Program-made: the position numbers and the translations under genes
Part shown: piece by piece, positions 62,626 through 64,000 of the stretch
How the letters are laid out: each line of letters begins with the position of its first letter
Numbering within the stretch: the first letter of the stretch is position 1
Assembly (NCBI GenBank): GCA_965204345.1
Contig: OZ241981.1
Location: forward strand, 576,001 to 640,000
DNA length: 64,000 bases
Direction of reading: 5' to 3'
Origin: Nitrosopumilus sp.
Lineage (GTDB): Archaea; Thermoproteota; Nitrososphaeria; Nitrososphaerales; Nitrosopumilaceae
The notes under the pieces: generated by a model
Seen by the model: only the letters and a program-made list of their open reading frames with translations
Database searches by the model: none
Told to the model about the DNA's origin: nothing

Positions 62626-62657
62626 AAAAAGCTGATCGCAGAAGATAAAACGATCAG
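62626..62657 (-). terminator. Hairpin plus U-tract at the cdvC stop
   Basis: Minus strand CTGATCG-N12-CGATCAG-CTTTTT. Confidence 0.35.
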
Positions 62658-63847
62658 AGGGCCTGAAATTCCTCGCTCCACTTGTGATAGGCGCGAATCA
62701 TTTCAGTTGAGACGCTTGGCTTTCTTCGCTTCATGATATTTTTAAAGTCAGATGTTGTTAGTTCCCGTGGCTGGACTGGCTCCTCGCCCTCGACTGGCTC
62801 GTGATAGTCAGGAGAATTAAAGATTTCATGGACCGTTTTGATTTGTGCTGCCTGACAGACATCCTTGATGTCACTTGCACTGTAACCGTCAAATATTTTT
62901 GCCAGATCAGTATTGTTGACACTCATGTTCTTGTTTAACTTTGCAGTGTACTGCTCAAAGAGATTCTCTCTTGCGGCCTGCGTTGGCAGAGACACATAGA
63001 TCCTTTTCTGAAATCTTCTAAGAAATGGCCAATCAAGACTCCAGGGCTTGTTTGTGGCTCCAATTACATACAGCATCAAATGTTTTCCCTTACTGTTGAC
63101 ACCGTCCATCTCTGTGAGAAATTGGTTTTTGGTTCTAACCTCTCCGCCAACCTCGCTGTTTCTAGAGCCTAAAAGGGAATCGACTTCATCTACAAACAAG
63201 ATGACAGGCTTGCCTTCCTTCTCAGCATACTGCCTTGCCATGGCAAACAACTTTGAAACATTCTTTTCGGCCTCACCCAGCCACTTGCTCATCATGGAGG
63301 ATGCATCCACATTTATGAAATAGCCGTCCATCTCATTTGCAGTTGCAGCTGCAAGCATGGTCTTGCCGGTTCCAGGTGGACCGTACAGCAGCATGCCTTT
63401 TGGCCAACCAAGGGGAAACAGATCAGGTCTTTTAGTGGGATATACAATGGATTCACGCAAGGCACTTTTAGCATCATCCAGACCGATTACCTGATCCCAT
63501 GTAACGTCAGGTTTTTCTTTCATTACTAGTTCTTCAAAATCATTTTCATTTTCCTGTCTTTGAACAGATTTTTTTTGATCTGCATCAGAGGCCTTTGGAT
63601 CAACTGCAGGCTCTACACCGTGAGACTGTTGCAATGCAGTGATTCTTCCATGATAAGAATTACACCGTTCCTTGTAAATTTGGTTTAGCTTGCTGTTGGG
63701 ATAAAGCTGTAATAGTTTCATAAGTGAATCAATGGCATGCTGATAGTGAGTGATTGCCATGCCACGAGCGCCCTGAGAATCAAATTTGATGGCCTCAGAG
63801 GCATACTTGCTTGCTGTATTTTCTAATTCTTGTGGGGCCAGACTCAT
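62654..63847 (-). CDS. cdvC: CdvC/Vps4 AAA+ ATPase (ESCRT-III disassembly, cell division)
   Basis: N-terminal MIT-like helices, EKPDVTW, GPPGTGKT, SKWLGEAEK, FVDEVDS, ATNKPW.LD..FLRRFQKRI. Confidence 0.92.
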   Translation of the reverse strand: MSLAPQELENTASKYASEAIKFDSQGARGMAITHYQHAIDSLMKLLQLYPNSKLNQIYKERCNSYHGRITALQQSHGVEPAVDPKASDADQKKSVQRQENENDFEELVMKEKPDVTWDQVIGLDDAKSALRESIVYPTKRPDLFPLGWPKGMLLYGPPGTGKTMLAAATANEMDGYFINVDASSMMSKWLGEAEKNVSKLFAMARQYAEKEGKPVILFVDEVDSLLGSRNSEVGGEVRTKNQFLTEMDGVNSKGKHLMLYVIGATNKPWSLDWPFLRRFQKRIYVSLPTQAARENLFEQYTAKLNKNMSVNNTDLAKIFDGYSASDIKDVCQAAQIKTVHEIFNSPDYHEPVEGEEPVQPRELTTSDFKNIMKRRKPSVSTEMIRAYHKWSEEFQAL

Positions 63848-63855
63848 TTTATTAC

Positions 63856-63999
63856 CTACGTATTATCACCTTGAAAATTTTGTTGGTATCCTACGGTGTG
63901 AATCTCTGTCGCAAAAGTGGTTAAATTAATTGCACTTGTTTCATGCTCGTCATAGTCAGGTCCGTGACGGTATTTTTTCTTAAAATCAGACTTTGCAGA
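63856..63999 (-). CDS. 3' end of an unidentified CDS upstream of cdvC (partial)
   Basis: Open frame ..SAKSDFKKKYRHGPDYDEHETSAINLTTFATEIHTVGYQQNFQGDNT* ends 8 nt before the cdvC ATG. Confidence 0.5.
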   Translation of the reverse strand, partial: SAKSDFKKKYRHGPDYDEHETSAINLTTFATEIHTVGYQQNFQGDNT

Positions 64000-64000
64000 G

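Overview
Chromosomal segment of an ammonia-oxidising archaeon. Gene content, TTG/GTG starts and TTTATTAA promoters point to Nitrosopumilaceae (Thaumarchaeota). Housekeeping genes include udg, mpg, aspS, ilvB-ilvN-leuA-leuB, an LsrF-like aldolase, an orphan A/V-ATPase subunit F, carA-carB and cdvC/Vps4. About 65% of the window is two paralogous giant secreted Ig-repeat genes in direct orientation (5819 aa and 8003 aa). Main observations: (1) In both giant proteins the Ig/cadherin-like stalk is bracketed by two copies of a ZU5/GAIN-like domain ending in W-T-T-H-F-S-S-F, which carries the HF|S autoproteolysis motif. (2) An unannotated 19-codon Val/Leu-rich leader ORF with hairpins and a U-tract lies in front of the branched-chain amino-acid operon, resembling a bacterial attenuator in an archaeon. 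(3) There are footprints of duplication and gene conversion of the giant-gene cassette: a 23-bp direct repeat, a 90-bp SWIM-gene remnant and a ~1.7-kb near-identical block. (4) carA apparently has no canonical start codon. No rRNA, tRNA, CRISPR array, transposase or integrase was recognised. All domain calls are by eye, not by HMM search.
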